Shown: piece after piece, positions 20,376-30,419 of the stretch
How positions within the stretch are numbered: the first letter of the stretch is position 1
How the letters are laid out: each line of letters begins with the position of its first letter
Virus record (IMG/VR): IMGVR_UViG_3300021440_000021
Location: 612 to 64,611 of that record
Length of the DNA: 64,000 nt
DNA from: a virus
Taxonomy: Duplodnaviria > Caudoviricetes
Reading direction: 5' to 3' (one strand)
The notes under the pieces: model-generated
The model's database searches: none
What the model was told of the DNA's origin: nothing
What the model saw: only the letters and a program-made list of their open reading frames with translations
Made by a program: the position numbers and the translations under genes

Positions 20376-21254
20376 TTAGAAAATAGCTGTGATCATAACA
20401 AAGCCATCACCACCTCGACCACCACGGCCACCAGAGACACCAACACCTCCTCCGCCACCACCACAGCCACGTCCGCCAGCACCACCAACACCACCAGCAC
20501 CGCTGTTATTCGATCCACCACCAGAGCCGCCCGAAAATGTCATAGGCGTCCATAATGTAAAGCCATCAGCACCATTACCAAGTGTAGGTCCACCAGCAAT
20601 AGTTGGACAAAGCCCAGCACCAGTGATGGCACCACCAAGGTTATCCGATGCTGTAGCTCCACCACCACCTGCACCACCAGAGACAAATGTAGCCGTTGCG
20701 CCCCATGTCACCGTCGCACCAACCGCAGACGAGCCACCTGCTGCTCCTGCTGCACCAATCAGCCCCATATACGAGCCAAGAGGCCCATAGATATTAGCTG
20801 TATATGCACCAGAAGCCGAACCTGCTGCACCACCTGTGCCAGAACTTGCCGCTGCACCACCGTTGCCACCTGTGGCCCCGATCAGTTGGTAAGATGTGCT
20901 GATGATGTCCCCAGTGATCTGGACAAGCGAAGTCGTCCCTGCAACCGCCGAACCACCACCAGAAACGTTACCATCCCCACCTCGACCCGCCATAACAAAA
21001 AGCACTTTTGGAAGATAGGCTGTAGCAATCAGAAGACGGGAAACAGCTCCCCCACCTCCACCACCGCCCCCGCCACCTGCCAAACCTGCTGTGCGGTTAA
21101 ATCCACCGCCTCCACCACCACCCCCACCTACAGCGAGAATATCTAATGCTACAGCGCCTTCAGGAATTGCGTAATGCTGCCATTGCAGCGTGTTACCGGG
21201 AGGATCAAACCTAACGGTGTTTCCTGCCATCTGGGGGAATGCAAAAGGAATCAT
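20376..21254 (-). CDS. glycine-rich virion/fibre-tip protein (paralog 1)
   Basis: VGGGGGGG...GGRGGDGFVMITAIF. Confidence 0.7.
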   Translation of the reverse strand: MIPFAFPQMAGNTVRFDPPGNTLQWQHYAIPEGAVALDILAVGGGGGGGGGFNRTAGLAGGGGGGGGGGAVSRLLIATAYLPKVLFVMAGRGGDGNVSGGGSAVAGTTSLVQITGDIISTSYQLIGATGGNGGAAASSGTGGAAGSASGAYTANIYGPLGSYMGLIGAAGAAGGSSAVGATVTWGATATFVSGGAGGGGATASDNLGGAITGAGLCPTIAGGPTLGNGADGFTLWTPMTFSGGSGGGSNNSGAGGVGGAGGRGCGGGGGGVGVSGGRGGRGGDGFVMITAIF

Positions 21255-22114
21255 TAGTAGATCACCGTTATCATAACAAAGCCATCACCACCGCGTCCGC
21301 CAGCACCACCTGTTGTGCCAGCACCGCCTCCACCCCCGCCACAACCACGAGCACCATTTCCGCCCGCACCGCCGACGCCCGCGTTAGACGAGCCGCCGCC
21401 AGACCCACCGCAAAACGTCGGAGGAGTCCACAATTCATAGCCCGCACCGCCGGGGTTTGAGCCTGCCGCACCACCATTGATCGTGGCGCAGATGCCTGAT
21501 CCGGTAACGGTGCCGCCAGCAAAGTCAGCCGCGCTTGTGCCAGCTCCACCGCCACCGCCTGTTACGAACAGTGCCGATGCACCAAAAACCACACCAGTAC
21601 CAGCACCGCCCGCTACAGCACCACCAGCTCCTCCGGCAACACCCGCAAAGGCGATGAAATTACCAAGCGCGGTATATGCCCCACCAGATGCAATAGCCCC
21701 AGCCGCTCCGGCTGCCCCAACAGCAGCAAGTGCACCTGTACCACCTGCACCACCACCGTTGGTCGTCAGTAGTTGCAAAGCCGCAGCAACTGCACCTCCG
21801 GCAAGCTGCACAACGGATGCACCACCCGCTGTGCCTGCCGCACCGCCAACACCGGGAGAAATATAAAGCACCCGGCCCAATCGGGCGGTCGGCACCCACA
21901 TGCGTGTGATGCTACCTGATCCGCCTCCACCTCCGCCACCACCATTACCAGAGGCCCGCGTGAAGCCTGCTCCACCACCGCCTCCACCACCGACGGCAAG
22001 GATGGCAAGAGCAACAGCACCATCAGGAATGACGAAAGTTTGCCAGACGTTTGTCCCGACCGGATCAAAACGTCGTGTTTGGCCAGTTTCTTTTGGTAAG
22101 AAAAAAGGAAACAT
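21254..22114 (-). CDS. glycine-rich virion/fibre-tip protein (paralog 2)
   Basis: colinear with 20376..21254; ends GGRGGDGFVMITVIY. Confidence 0.7.
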   Translation of the reverse strand: MFPFFLPKETGQTRRFDPVGTNVWQTFVIPDGAVALAILAVGGGGGGGAGFTRASGNGGGGGGGGSGSITRMWVPTARLGRVLYISPGVGGAAGTAGGASVVQLAGGAVAAALQLLTTNGGGAGGTGALAAVGAAGAAGAIASGGAYTALGNFIAFAGVAGGAGGAVAGGAGTGVVFGASALFVTGGGGGAGTSAADFAGGTVTGSGICATINGGAAGSNPGGAGYELWTPPTFCGGSGGGSSNAGVGGAGGNGARGCGGGGGGAGTTGGAGGRGGDGFVMITVIY

Positions 22115-22317
22115 TAAATCAACCCCGGAACTAGGTATTCAACTCCCGTCAAAACCTCCATTTCATAAGGTTCCGGCAGTTCCATTGGATTTCCATCTGC
22201 ATCGACATAGGAAATTACCTGTGCCGTTACAATCTCAGTTGACGCCAACTCAATTTTTTGCCAGACGGTACTTTCAACACCATCGAGCCGCAACGTCATA
22301 GCAATATAAGTGGCCAT
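22114..22317 (-). CDS. hypothetical protein
   Basis: coupled ORF in the fibre module. Confidence 0.55.
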   Translation of the reverse strand: MATYIAMTLRLDGVESTVWQKIELASTEIVTAQVISYVDADGNPMELPEPYEMEVLTGVEYLVPGLI

Positions 22318-22730
22318 TAGTATTTCCCTCCGATACCAGCAACGGTGTAGCCGCCTGCAACTGCCGTCCCAAGGACGACATAAATTCGATAACCAGCGGC
22401 AAGCGCAATGTTCATCGGGATTTCAAAACCAGCAATAGCTGCGACTTCTGTGTTAGTCGTCGCTGGTAATGATAATTCGGCAATCAATGCGTTATTAGAC
22501 GCCGTAGTGTTTGTTGCGCCGTTATTCAAGAAAACTCTCAAGACCGACGCAACGTTGGTGCCAAGAGGACGAACAATCAGTTTTTGCAAATAACTACCAT
22601 CTGTAGCATCTGCCGTAAAAACAAGGTTAACGGTGCCCGTGCCGTCCTTGGCGGTGTTTGCCGCCGTGATGCCCGCCGCCCATTCGTTCTGCGGGATTTG
22701 GGCGAAAATCGGGGTTGTATTTTGAACCAT
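22317..22730 (-). CDS. putative virion structural protein
   Basis: NTTPIF...ANTAKDGTG...VLRVFLNNG...GGKY pattern. Confidence 0.6.
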   Translation of the reverse strand: MVQNTTPIFAQIPQNEWAAGITAANTAKDGTGTVNLVFTADATDGSYLQKLIVRPLGTNVASVLRVFLNNGATNTTASNNALIAELSLPATTNTEVAAIAGFEIPMNIALAAGYRIYVVLGTAVAGGYTVAGIGGKY

Positions 22731-22739
22731 TGTCCTACC

Positions 22740-23093
22740 TCAAAACAGGAATGAGTTGGTATTCAGCGCGATGTCCGTGCCGAAGATGTTCTGCGGCTGG
22801 ATGTCCGCTGCCGCCGCCGTGACATAGACGGTCGCCGACCCTGACAGGCTGATTAGCGATCCAGTGCTGGATTGTTCCAGTGCCCGCGTCATGGTCGTGC
22901 CGGATGCGGTATAAACGCCCGTGCCGATCTCCCATGCCGTGCCGTCCTCGATCACATAGCGCACCTCGTCCTGATCAATCAGGCCCGCCGCCGCGAAGGT
23001 TTGGAAACCGGATGAGGCCGACCCAAGCGTGATTGTGCCAGTGCCCGTGGTTGCCGTGGTCATTTTTGCCCGGTTCACAAAAACCTTTGCCAT
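22740..23093 (-). CDS. putative fibre protein N-terminal-like domain
   Basis: [18 protein letters not shown]...WEIGTG motif; high-GC codons. Confidence 0.65.
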   Translation of the reverse strand: MAKVFVNRAKMTTATTGTGTITLGSASSGFQTFAAAGLIDQDEVRYVIEDGTAWEIGTGVYTASGTTMTRALEQSSTGSLISLSGSATVYVTAAAADIQPQNIFGTDIALNTNSFLF

Positions 23094-23098
23094 ATAAA

Positions 23099-23527
23099 TT
23101 AATCCTCAGTAACGGTTGACGCAGTAGTAAGTTGAGGTGCAACACCGTTAGAAACGGAAATATTAGGTGTAACCGTGCCACTATAAAGCAGCTTACCAGC
23201 ACCACTCGACAACGTCCCCACAGCAAAGTGAGTGATTGTGGATGTACCAGCCGTACAAGTGGGGAAGACAATTGTAGCCGCAGGCGAAACGCTTGCAGCG
23301 GTCACTGTCCAACCACCAGAAGTGCGAGCAACAGCTACACGAGCATAACTTGTATAAGCTGTTTCGTTAGTCGTTTGAGAGCCAGCCTCCCCCGGATCGG
23401 CTGTGTGTAAGGAGACATACAAGTTGGTCAGTGGGGAAGTGGCAGCGTTATCAGCAATGTTAGCAATTGCTGTCGCGTTGAAGATTAACTTCAAGAAATC
23501 ATTTTCAAATGTGTCGCCCTTAGACAT
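23099..23527 (-). CDS. virion structural protein
   Basis: [14 protein letters not shown]...YTSYARVAV...ITHFAV family. Confidence 0.7.
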   Translation of the reverse strand: MSKGDTFENDFLKLIFNATAIANIADNAATSPLTNLYVSLHTADPGEAGSQTTNETAYTSYARVAVARTSGGWTVTAASVSPAATIVFPTCTAGTSTITHFAVGTLSSGAGKLLYSGTVTPNISVSNGVAPQLTTASTVTED

Positions 23528-23545
23528 CTATTTTCCTTTGAGATA

Positions 23546-23579
23546 AAAAGAAGGGGCCACCACTGAAGGTGGCAGCCCC
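23546..23579 (-). terminator. rho-independent terminator after the capsid genes
   Basis: ggggctgccacc-ttcag-tggtggcccc-ttctttt on the minus strand. Confidence 0.75.
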
Positions 23580-23587
23580 AACTAAAA

Positions 23588-24046
23588 TTACGAAGCGTCT
23601 TTGTTCACAACAATGGGTGTACGGGGCGTCTTATCGCCTTCCACCACAACCAGAACCACTCTCACTTTGCCATCAACACGGGTGGCAGTAGCACCAAGCA
23701 GGGTAACTTCACCACCACCAGCAGGCACAACAACCGGAATTGTAGCCGGAGTTGTAGCAGCCAGTGTCAGAGCCGCTGCTGTCGAGGCAAGTGTGCCTGT
23801 AACAGTTGTACCAGCAACTTGACCAACAACAGTGCCTGTACCTGTACCAGCAGTGATTTGCTGGACAGTCATAGCCAGAACCACTGTCCCAGCAGCCAAC
23901 GTCATCAGGTTAATGGTGTCGGTAGCTGTGGTCATAGTACCATCAGTGGAAAAGTCAAAAGTAGTTTCAATTACACGGGCGAAAAGTTTATCGCCAGCGT
24001 CCAGAACTTGCGTAGTATTACGCTTTGCGCTGTTAATAGTAGCCAT
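23588..24046 (-). CDS. capsid decoration/cement protein (putative)
   Basis: immediately downstream of MCP, beta-rich, followed by a terminator. Confidence 0.55.
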   Translation of the reverse strand: MATINSAKRNTTQVLDAGDKLFARVIETTFDFSTDGTMTTATDTINLMTLAAGTVVLAMTVQQITAGTGTGTVVGQVAGTTVTGTLASTAAALTLAATTPATIPVVVPAGGGEVTLLGATATRVDGKVRVVLVVVEGDKTPRTPIVVNKDAS

Positions 24047-24066
24047 ATTCTATGTCCTTTCCTAGA

Positions 24067-25134
24067 TCAAGCCACGTTATACTTAGCAGTGATAAGAGCT
24101 TCAGGACGAAGAATCTTATGACCGTAAACGTGCATACCACGGACAACATCGGCAAAAGCTTCTTGCGAACGGAAAGTCTCAGTTTTAGTGATATTTTCCG
24201 CAGCAGCAACAGCCGAAGAATGGCCAGCGACGATCACGCCATAGTTCGAGTTTTGGCTGGTTGTACCCGTAGTAGTCGGGCCAGTGCCAACACGCGGCAG
24301 CGAGTTCGATTGGTAAATGGTGAAGCCATGAATTTGCTTACCAATATTACCATTACGCAGAGCACCTTTTTCAGAAAAATCCGAATTGATGAGACGCGAG
24401 TCTTCATCTTTCAGCATTTCAATGAACACCGGGTCCAGAACCAGCCAACGACCATTTTGGTCAACGTTTTGCACGTCGAGGTTACGAGCCATACGAGCAA
24501 TGATGCCCAGAGGCGAAACCAGCGTTGTCGGTTTGGTTTGTTGACCGGGCATACGAGGAGCAACCGGGATCGAGTTATCACCACCACCAGACAGGAACGA
24601 ACCGCTATTCAGTTTGTTGGAAGTCAGAAGTTCGTCGTTACCAGTTGTAGACAGGGCTTTAGTACCCGGAATATCGGTAGAGGCACGAACAGTGTCAGCC
24701 GGGCTACCAACTGTGGATTGTTTAAAGCCACACATGTAACCAAGCGTTTCCGCATCAAACTGGTCTTTCAGACGGAAGCCAGCACGATCAGTGGCCATCG
24801 ACATCCAGTTCACATGCGAGTGAGCCTGTTCAACGTCTTCAAGCATGAACGCAAATTCGTTGGCTTGGTCAATAACCAGAGTGAAGTCTTCATCGACCAA
24901 ATCTTGCGGGGTGATAATTTTACCACGCGAATACGGACGAATGCTGATTTCCGGCTCTTTGATAATTTTAACGGTATCACCGAAAGAGGCAATTTCACCA
25001 AAGTAGTCCGTGTTCACAATAGCCTGAACCACCGAAGCCCGACGGAAGGCCAGTTGTGCTTTTTTAGAATAGACAATAGGCGAAAAAACGCCATTAGGAA
25101 GGCTGGTATGCCCAGCCGCAGAACGAAAAGCCAT
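24067..25134 (-). CDS. major capsid protein
   Basis: FSPIVYSKK, YFGEIASFGDTVKI, LVIDQ, FADVVRGMHVYGHKILRPEAL. Confidence 0.9.
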   Translation of the reverse strand: MAFRSAAGHTSLPNGVFSPIVYSKKAQLAFRRASVVQAIVNTDYFGEIASFGDTVKIIKEPEISIRPYSRGKIITPQDLVDEDFTLVIDQANEFAFMLEDVEQAHSHVNWMSMATDRAGFRLKDQFDAETLGYMCGFKQSTVGSPADTVRASTDIPGTKALSTTGNDELLTSNKLNSGSFLSGGGDNSIPVAPRMPGQQTKPTTLVSPLGIIARMARNLDVQNVDQNGRWLVLDPVFIEMLKDEDSRLINSDFSEKGALRNGNIGKQIHGFTIYQSNSLPRVGTGPTTTGTTSQNSNYGVIVAGHSSAVAAAENITKTETFRSQEAFADVVRGMHVYGHKILRPEALITAKYNVA

Positions 25135-25322
25135 TAGTAGTTTCCTTTTGTTAATGGAGGATGTCTAGCATCCGATTAAAAAACGACCATCAACACTTAA
25201 GGGCCTACGTTTTCTGGGGTGGTAAATGTTTGCAGCATCTACGGCCCATACTCTTTAGGGTAACTTAGTTGTTTATTTGTCTTTTAGGGGAGGAGGGGGC
25301 TTGCAACACCCCCTCGGCCTAA

Positions 25323-26102
25323 TTAACGTGCCGCGCCAGAGAGGTCGTAAACGAATGTGCCATCACGCTGCGATTGAGCGATTGCGGCTTCATTCTTTTC
25401 ATACTCTGCCATCGACATTTTTTGCACTTGCGACTCAGTGAAAGTTTTCTTTCCACTTCCATCAGCAGGTGCAGACGAGAGTTTATTTACAACGGATTTA
25501 GCAGCTTCTTTAGTTGGGTTAATCTGATTTGCAACCATTTCTTTTTTGTAGGCACTCAATGCCCAAATAACATCTTCTGCTTCACCATCATAAATAAGTT
25601 TTTGCATGGTTTGAGGCTGACTTTCAGCCCAATCATGAAACTCATCAGAAGCCGTAATATCTTCAAAATCGGGATGAGCCTTTTTGATACGAGCTTCTTG
25701 TTTATTCTTTTCCAGTTCAAGACGGATTGCTTTCACGTCATCTTCTTTGGAACCAACCTGTTCATTTGCCAAAGCACGGATAATAGAAGCAGCTTGAGGG
25801 TTTTCTCTCGCCCATTTAGTGGCTTCCTCAACAGAGGAAATATTTAGTGTGGGCTTAGTTTTTGTCGATTTAAGGTCTTCAACCTCTTTCGTCAATCTCT
25901 TGAGATCATCCATCTGCTTTTGAGAAGTTCTACGAAGATCAGAGTAACGCTTTTTCCACGTCTCTTCATCTTTTGTTAAAACTTCTTCTCTAACAGGAAC
26001 TTCTGTAGTTTCTGTTTCTAATTCCTCTGCTTGTTTACCCTCTAGAGCAGCAATTTCTTCTTCTAATCTAGAGACTGAACGAGGTGCAATATAGTCGGTC
26101 AT
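25323..26102 (-). CDS. scaffolding protein
   Basis: acidic N-terminus, WKKRYSDLRR coiled coil, HPDF, MSMAEYEK; upstream of MCP. Confidence 0.8.
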   Translation of the reverse strand: MTDYIAPRSVSRLEEEIAALEGKQAEELETETTEVPVREEVLTKDEETWKKRYSDLRRTSQKQMDDLKRLTKEVEDLKSTKTKPTLNISSVEEATKWARENPQAASIIRALANEQVGSKEDDVKAIRLELEKNKQEARIKKAHPDFEDITASDEFHDWAESQPQTMQKLIYDGEAEDVIWALSAYKKEMVANQINPTKEAAKSVVNKLSSAPADGSGKKTFTESQVQKMSMAEYEKNEAAIAQSQRDGTFVYDLSGAAR

Positions 26103-26141
26103 ATGTTATCCTTTGGGGCCGCTTCTAGCGGGTGGCCATTG

Positions 26142-29100
26142 CTAATGTTTACGTCTTGTTACATAACCACCGTGAGCGAAGTTCTTTTTATCGTTATCGC
26201 CTACAGCAGTTTTAGTTCCTTGAGAAAGAGATGAAGAAACAGATTGCGTTTTATTCGCATTCTCTCCGCCACCCGTGCTCACTGTGGGACTTACTGTTGA
26301 ATGGAACATACCATTAAATGCGTCCCTAATGCCTCCAAACAACCCAGAATGTTGTGTTGTATTAGTTGTGGACATTTTATCTTTTAAAGCTTGCAAGTCA
26401 GCTCTTTGTTGAGCTGAGAGAGGTGTACCATCTTTATTTGTTCCCCTAGAAAGCATTTCATCAAGAGCTTTAGGAACATTTCTGTTCAGGTAGTTTTGTC
26501 TTGCTTTTACAGCCAAACCACCGAATGGTACAAAAGCTCCAACAGCAGATTCAACACCCTTTTCTATACCACTGTCTTTACTTCTTGCATAGTTTAAGAA
26601 GTCATCAGGCCCCCATTGATCCACTGAACCAGCAAGCCCTGTGGGGGTTTGAAATGTGCTTTTCTCGTGTAAAGGTTGATCAAAACCATTAGGCCAAGGA
26701 TTGGCTTTGGGTTGTTCCTCTTTTTTAGGTTGGTTTTGCTTACTCATCCAATAAGGCAATCCCGTTGCAGGATCAATATCATTGTCTGAGTGAACTTGCC
26801 ACCCACCTTGACTGATTGTCCAAGGGGTTTGTGAATTAACACTACCACCCTTAGCCATTTTCACTGGGGCCTGAACTTGATCAGGAGCTTGAACCTGAGC
26901 ATCGTGAGCTTGCAGCTCTTCAGGAGAAAAAGGTAAATCATCAGGGCCTTGTCCACCAATACGCCCTTGAGCGTTTAGTTTAGCCAGCCCTTCCTTTGCC
27001 TTGTTCACCATTTTTTCTACGTAATCTAGTCCAAGATAACGAACAACATCAGCAGGGAGAACGTATTCACCCTCTGAAAGCTTTGCATCTACATTATCTG
27101 CCACTTCGTTCGGTAAAGCACCCGGAGGAACTGGATTTGTATTTTGTGTGTTTTCCACGGAGCCTCCTTCGGCAAATCTTGGTTTAGTCAGGTCATATTT
27201 AGAACCTAGTTTAGAAATGTCCACCTCTATCCCATAGACAGGGAGATTTTCTGGGGGGTTAATTTTATTGAAGTAATCTGCTTTTAACTTACTAACAAAG
27301 TCAGCCCACGTACCCCCTTGTTCTACAAGAGTTCTTGCAGCCCCGACATCATAACCAGCCGAATAAAGAGCAGACATAACTCCTCTCTCTTCATCTGTAA
27401 TAAAAGATGAATCAGACCACGGCCTCAAGGCTGCGTTTCTAAAAGCTCTATAAAGAAACTTCAACTCATATTTTGGGTTAGCCATTCCAAGACCAGCATC
27501 TTCTAACCCCGGAACTGTCCTAATATGATCCCAAAATTGCTGAGAATCTCTTGCACTACTTGGTGAGCTTTCTGTGTAGTTCATCTTTTTTTGAGAAATC
27601 TGAACATCATCACCAAATTCTTGCTTAAGCTCATCTAGATATTTCTTCAGAGATGTAACATAAGTTTGATAAAAACCAGATTTTGGGTTAAGAGCTTTAG
27701 CAATTTCAGAGGGACTATTTTTAAATCTTGCTTCTACGATTTTTTCAATCGGAGGAAACACCACCTTGTTGATACCAAGATCAGAAGCTTTTGCTAGAAT
27801 AGCGTCTCCTAAGAGACGAACAGATTCTGAGATTTTAGTGATTGGTGGATTATTAAATGTTTTGTTTGGGGCTTTGTAAAGCGCAATCTGAACGCTTTCA
27901 TCCAAACTTTTATAATAATTTGTCCAACTTAATTCTACCTCTGAATCATCCCATATTTCAGGAACATTTTCTTCATAAGCTTTTTTTAATTTAAGTTTTA
28001 ACTTATAAAAATTTTCCCAAACTTCTAGTGTAGAATTGGCTATATACTCTTTTAATGCAGCTAAATACTCATCTCTAAGAACTAAATTTTCAGGGGTGTT
28101 TTCAAATCTTTTATCACAAGTATAAATCACCCTTTCATATAAGCTCTTTTTAAGAGCTTTATCATAATCTATTTTTTTAGATGGTTTTTGCCATCCTTTT
28201 TGGACAAGATCAGATTGAAGTTCTTCTGGAAGAAGATAGGTTTCACCAGTAATAGCATCTTTTCTCACACTATAACGAGTATGAGCGAGTGTTCCGTTGT
28301 GATAGTGTTGATAATTAGCTTTAAATCTCGGATCACCTGTGTTATAGTCATTAGGAGAATTGATTGTAAGCTCTTGATAACTGATTTCTGGGTCTCGTAA
28401 TCCAACCTCTTGTTGCCTTTGATATCGCTGATAACCTTGGCCAGAGGGGAGAATTTCATAACTAGAAGGATGGTCATTTAATTGATCAATTATATCTTTT
28501 CTAGTGTATCTTTTAGCAGGATCAATTTCAATCCCTGTTGCATTCCATTCAGAAGTTCTAATTGTTGGATTATCATTCAATTCTTTTAAAAATTGACTAC
28601 CCTTAATCCCATCTTTAGGAAACTCTAAACTATCAATAAATGGACGAAGAGGGGATTGAAAACTTAGATCAGGATGTGCCCATTCATTATCTTCAAGGGG
28701 AGGACCACCATTATCTTCAAATTTCTTCTTTTTATAACGAGGAATTGGATCAGTTTTAGCTGATAACCCCAAATCATAAGGAAGATTCATAAGTTGTGTT
28801 TTATAATCTTCAACACCATTTGCTTTATCAATTTGAGATTGAACATCTGCTAAAGCACCATCTAACTCTCTAGCTGTCCATGTATCATCAGAGAATGCGG
28901 GGAGATTTAAAGAACGTTCACTAGCTGTAAGGTTAGCTCTATCTGCTGTTAAATTAGCAAGAGCCTCTCCCTCATTTCTAGTATAGAGATCGTAGTATCC
29001 CATCTCAGACGGTTTGTCAAATTTGGTAATAGCAAAAAGGTTTTCTAACGAAGATGCAAACTCTGGATATTGCTCTCTGAGTTGTAAAACACTGTCTTCT

Positions 29101-30218
29101 ACATTACTCTTATGATCTGCAATCCTACTAACCTCTGAGCGTAACTGCCCAAGAGTTTCACCATCCACTGTTGTAAAATTGTCGGGTTTACCCTTAAACT
29201 CTTCAACTTGTTTCACAACATAATTGTAAGCTTTTTCGGCAGTGGACAAGTCATCTAAAGCTGTAAGGTAAGCTTTGCCATATAAATTAAGTTGACCATA
29301 AACTTTACCAACCTTTACAGAAAGATAATTTGGGCTTGTCCCACCCTCTCTTCCTTCAATCTTGTCGGCACCATGCTGCAATTCGTGCAACACTGTTGCA
29401 TCATCAGAAAGAGTTCTTGTGAAGATAGTTTCTGTGCTGGGGTCAAATGCTGCTTTATGACCTCTAGAGATTTGTAAATCGGCGGTAAGGTCTGTAGCAA
29501 CATTAGCTTTCATCTCACCAAGGCCAGCCACTTTTTCATAAAGCTCTTTGTGTTTAAAAGCATCTTTAACAGGCCCAATAGCTACACCTGTAGGAGAAAC
29601 ATTTTCAGCAAAATGAATATAATCGGGGGAAGTTGTAAACTTACTGTCGTCAGTTTCCATAAGCCATCCAGATTTTGGATGCTCACTAGCCCCTGTTCGA
29701 CGAAGAACTTCTTCTGGGGTAAACCCACTTCTTTTTAAATAATCTGCCTCTTTAGCCACTTTAGAGGGGGCAGAGAAGAAAACTCCAAGAGCATCTTCGT
29801 CTGCCTTAAACCCAGTTGTAGCTTTGGGGGCTACTGTAGCACCAGCAACATTAGCTACTGTTGTATTCAAATCACCAATAGTGCCTTTCCCCGTAACCAT
29901 ACGCTCAATAGGGTCATAGACACCATGAGCAAGAGCAGAGCCAGTTTTAGTGATAAAATTACCAACATCACTATTAATCCCACTCAAAGATTGAGGTGTG
30001 GTAAACCAACTGCCAAAATCTTTAAGTTTTTCACCTGCGGCCTTGACGTAAGAGCCACGTTGTTCTGTTTTTTCTGGATAGATAGTATAAGTGGAGCCGT
30101 CAATAATTGACTTATAGGAACTACCACCATCATCTGTGAGACCAACAAAAGGGTCATTAGGCCCTGCATTAAGCGGGATGTTATTAGGGGAAATATCACT
30201 TAATGCTGTTACAGCCAT
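26142..30218 (-). CDS. large polyvalent virion protein with zincin-like HELQH motif
   Basis: GWLMETDDSK, VLHELQHG, GEALA; LSEGEYVLPADVV domain; three xA(E/K/H)GG motifs. Confidence 0.6.
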   Translation of the reverse strand: MAVTALSDISPNNIPLNAGPNDPFVGLTDDGGSSYKSIIDGSTYTIYPEKTEQRGSYVKAAGEKLKDFGSWFTTPQSLSGINSDVGNFITKTGSALAHGVYDPIERMVTGKGTIGDLNTTVANVAGATVAPKATTGFKADEDALGVFFSAPSKVAKEADYLKRSGFTPEEVLRRTGASEHPKSGWLMETDDSKFTTSPDYIHFAENVSPTGVAIGPVKDAFKHKELYEKVAGLGEMKANVATDLTADLQISRGHKAAFDPSTETIFTRTLSDDATVLHELQHGADKIEGREGGTSPNYLSVKVGKVYGQLNLYGKAYLTALDDLSTAEKAYNYVVKQVEEFKGKPDNFTTVDGETLGQLRSEVSRIADHKSNVEDSVLQLREQYPEFASSLENLFAITKFDKPSEMGYYDLYTRNEGEALANLTADRANLTASERSLNLPAFSDDTWTARELDGALADVQSQIDKANGVEDYKTQLMNLPYDLGLSAKTDPIPRYKKKKFEDNGGPPLEDNEWAHPDLSFQSPLRPFIDSLEFPKDGIKGSQFLKELNDNPTIRTSEWNATGIEIDPAKRYTRKDIIDQLNDHPSSYEILPSGQGYQRYQRQQEVGLRDPEISYQELTINSPNDYNTGDPRFKANYQHYHNGTLAHTRYSVRKDAITGETYLLPEELQSDLVQKGWQKPSKKIDYDKALKKSLYERVIYTCDKRFENTPENLVLRDEYLAALKEYIANSTLEVWENFYKLKLKLKKAYEENVPEIWDDSEVELSWTNYYKSLDESVQIALYKAPNKTFNNPPITKISESVRLLGDAILAKASDLGINKVVFPPIEKIVEARFKNSPSEIAKALNPKSGFYQTYVTSLKKYLDELKQEFGDDVQISQKKMNYTESSPSSARDSQQFWDHIRTVPGLEDAGLGMANPKYELKFLYRAFRNAALRPWSDSSFITDEERGVMSALYSAGYDVGAARTLVEQGGTWADFVSKLKADYFNKINPPENLPVYGIEVDISKLGSKYDLTKPRFAEGGSVENTQNTNPVPPGALPNEVADNVDAKLSEGEYVLPADVVRYLGLDYVEKMVNKAKEGLAKLNAQGRIGGQGPDDLPFSPEELQAHDAQVQAPDQVQAPVKMAKGGSVNSQTPWTISQGGWQVHSDNDIDPATGLPYWMSKQNQPKKEEQPKANPWPNGFDQPLHEKSTFQTPTGLAGSVDQWGPDDFLNYARSKDSGIEKGVESAVGAFVPFGGLAVKARQNYLNRNVPKALDEMLSRGTNKDGTPLSAQQRADLQALKDKMSTTNTTQHSGLFGGIRDAFNGMFHSTVSPTVSTGGGENANKTQSVSSSLSQGTKTAVGDNDKKNFAHGGYVTRRKH

Positions 30219-30419
30219 TTATTTTTCCAATGCGTTTATATCGTCCTTAAGTGTGAGGAGTTTACGAAGGGCTGTAATTTGCCCCTGAGCGCGATAAATC
30301 TCTTCCACTCGCATACTTTGCTCTAAAAGTCGTTGAACCTGAGAAATGCGTCCATTGATCATCTCAATGAACGCCTCATTAAAGCCCGGACTGTTGACGA
30401 AACCTTTTAAACCGTTCAT
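30219..30419 (-). CDS. small conserved protein downstream of portal
   Basis: IYRAQGQITALRKL motif. Confidence 0.65.
   Translation of the reverse strand: MNGLKGFVNSPGFNEAFIEMINGRISQVQRLLEQSMRVEEIYRAQGQITALRKLLTLKDDINALEK

Noticed and set aside
19847-22301. Pro/Glu/Ala-rich plus-strand ORFs
   Set aside because: Antisense shadows of the Gly/Ser-rich virion genes.
24052-25137. 361-aa ORF antisense to the major capsid gene
   Set aside because: Exact shadow of a strongly codon-biased gene; no SD or recognisable motifs.
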